Assembly (NCBI RefSeq): GCF_036365525.1
Contig: NC_090397.1
Coordinates: forward strand, 12,198,289-12,262,288
DNA from: Heterodontus francisci
Lineage: Eukaryota
Direction: 5' to 3'
DNA: 64,000 nucleotides
Positions within the stretch are counted from its first letter, which is position 1, and each line of letters begins with the position of its first letter. Both the position numbers and the translations under genes were made by a program. The notes below the pieces were generated by a model. It saw only the letters and a list, made by a program, of their open reading frames with translations, searched no databases and was not told where the DNA came from. Below, in pieces: positions 61,780 to 64,000 of this stretch.

Positions 61780-63620
61780 ACAAACAACAATGAACCTTAC
61801 GCATTCCTTCAGTGCTTGTCTTGCGGGTGGCTTTACCTATCCAAGTGCTTCTATGTAGTGCTATCCCAGTGGCTGCAGATGGCCTTGGAGGATGACCATG
61901 AGCCTTGAGGACCCGGCTTCAACCTGCACCACCTCAGCATGGGTGGCAGCAGTCAGGGCTGACTGGCTGAGAGGCAACCACTGGGCACTGGCAGAGTAGC
62001 AGTGGTGGGAGGACGAATGCTGTCATCCTGACAGAGGACAGTGGGTTTGTCTCCACTGGGCCACTGCTTTTCCCCCAGGCGGGGAGGTAACTCAACAATT
62101 ATAGTAATCTGTTAGAGCACAGATTGCTGGACTGCTGTGTGACCCTGCTCTATGAGCACTGCTATCCGCAGCCATGATGACAACAGTCTGAGCCAGCCTG
62201 GCAGTAAGCATGGATCTTGTGACCTCCATCTGAGCTTCCACTGCAGCACTGAGATGTCGGGAGGATTCAGCCTGTGTTGCAGTGGGAAGCTGAGACAGCA
62301 GCCACCACAAGCTGCATTGCAGCTGCTTCCGCTACTGCTATCATGGAATTGGCCACCACTTCCAGGGCGGAAAGGATTGGCTCCCAGCTCTTCACGAAAC
62401 CTTGTGCCACGTTGGAACTGGACTCTTCCATGCTCTTTGATGGTGACAGGAGGCTGTCTGGTAAGCCTGACAATGCATCAAGCAACTCAGTGTGCATTGT
62501 TATCAGTGTTCTCCTGTATGGTGCCCCATCAAAGTCCTCATCTGAGTCCCCTGCAGTCCTCTGGTCAGCTGGCACGAGCTATCCTTTCAACCTGGCCTGC
62601 CTGCAGCCCACTTGTGCCCAGTGACTCACCATGTGCTCATCCTGACTCTATGGAAGCCTACCAAGTTCACCGAGTGCCAATATCTGAGCTGGTGGTTGGG
62701 AGTGCAAGATCGAGTGACAGTGCCTCCTCATCATTGTTGTGGGGATGCTGCTGCTCTGCCTTCTGGCTCTGTTGAGGTGGTCCAGGCGGCAGGTTTCTGA
62801 AAGCATATGAGCAGAGGGTAAGGGTTGGGATGAGTGAAAGGGGTGGGGAGGAAAGCAGGAGTTCCATGGTCACATAATCTGCAGCTTCTACTTGATGCCA
62901 CATCTCAGGATGAGGGTGAAAAGGGAGTTGAAAAGGGGCATAAAGCAGTCACTTAAAATCATCCTGAACTGCCTCTGCAGTGCGAGCTACCACAAGCTGC
63001 GTTGCCTCTGGGCCCATGATCCAGAGAACTGTCTCCACAAGGGGGCTCAGGGGTTGGAGTCGTGCAGGCCCCCCTCTCGTTTTTGGGTCTTTTTAGTGAT
63101 ATGTGAGACCTTCTCCTCCAAGAGAGAGGGCAGAGTGTCAGTGATCATGTGGCAATGTGTTTGGGTGATGCGCCTGCTATTGCTGAATAGATAAAGGTCT
63201 GAAGAGGCAGTGAGCAGTGGGTGTCATGCTGGCAGCATTGGAAGGTGTATGAGGGTGAGATGCAGTAGCTGAATGTTAGGCATAAGTCACGAGTGCCAGG
63301 AAGTGATGGGGCTGTGGTGCATAGTGCAGTGACAGGTCGTAGGTGTGGTGGACATGAGATGTAATGTAAGGATCCAGTCACTCAGCTTGGCCACCTATGT
63401 GAGGTCACTACTTTTTTCTGGCACTGCTGCCATGTCCTTGGTGCCCAACTCTGGACATTCATCTCCAGGGTGACGCGTTCCCATTCCCTCTTCAGGCTAA
63501 TGCATAAGGGCATTCCTATGCACCCAGGGAAACACAGCCTCCCTCCTGGACTGCACCTCAGCCACCAGGGCGGCATTGCTAAACCTGGGAGCCCATTCCC
63601 TTGTGTGCTGTGCCATTCTG
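61780..63620 (-). mobile_element. PIF/Harbinger transposon remnant, Myb/SANT-like gene (pseudogenised)
   Basis: Two overlapping frames give MAQHTREWAPRFSNAALVAEVQSRREAVFP and LKREWERVTLEMNVQSWAPRTWQQCQKK, a trihelix/Myb-like domain typical of Harbinger ORF2. A low-complexity C-terminal part lies at 62100-62800. Confidence 0.7.
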
Positions 63621-63784
63621 CTTCCTGCACACTTCCTAGCTGATTGACTAGCAGCCTTCACCTCAGCAGTGCAGCTTCCCTTTAATAAGGAGTCTGCCTT
63701 TAAGAGGGGAAAACTGGCTGGACCACATGGTTTGCTAATACAAAGTGTTTCCTGACAATGCAGCAGCCCACTGACATCATCAGA

Positions 63785-64000
63785 GTTCGCCAAGATGCGC
63801 ACATGCGTAGCTACATCTTGCCAGGAGTAAGTGGCGTGTGCGCGGGATGACGTAATCGTGCAGCGGTAACGTCATCACGTATCCGCCCCGGTCCATCTTC
63901 GCGCATGTGCGATAAAGTGTCATCGGGTATCCAGCCCCCCCACTCGGCTGGAGGAAGCGGCTGAATGGGAGACGTTGAGGCTGGAGCTCCATCCCCGTCA
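63785..64000. promoter_or_regulatory. CpG-rich segment with CRE-like, NRF1-like and GC-box motifs
   Basis: tgacgtaa, acgtcatca, cgcgcatgtgcg and ccgccc. CpG density is visibly far above the rest of the window. Truncated by the window end. Confidence 0.4.

Overview
This is eukaryotic DNA from a vertebrate, most likely a shark or other elasmobranch (inferred from HE1-like V-SINEs, SacSINE1-like DeuSINEs and abundant CR1/L2/Penelope elements). The window holds the 5' part of one host gene on the minus strand, a PLEKHG7-like RhoGEF. I could trace 9 coding exons by hand (45354-44650, 19173-19145, 15163-15030, 14845-14805, 10522-10427, 9548-9399, 7114-7019, 5747-5664, 4285-4175). They have canonical GT-AG boundaries and splice in frame to 482 codons, and the gene continues past position 1. 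Most of the rest is transposon debris: two tandem Tx1 LINE ends, many CR1 copies (one nearly intact ORF2), a second CR1/L2-group LINE, L2, two RTEs, Penelope-like elements with minimal hammerhead ribozyme motifs, three SINE families, hAT and Harbinger-like MITEs, a Harbinger Myb remnant and G-rich minisatellites. There is no CRISPR array or prokaryotic system. The best leads are a recursive-splice-type AG|GTAAGT at the first coding exon, a young TSD-flanked hairpin retroelement with a hammerhead motif, and two Tx1 insertions about 10 bp apart inside one SINE. All family names come from motif recognition, not database searches. Repeat boundaries without a stated TSD are approximate.
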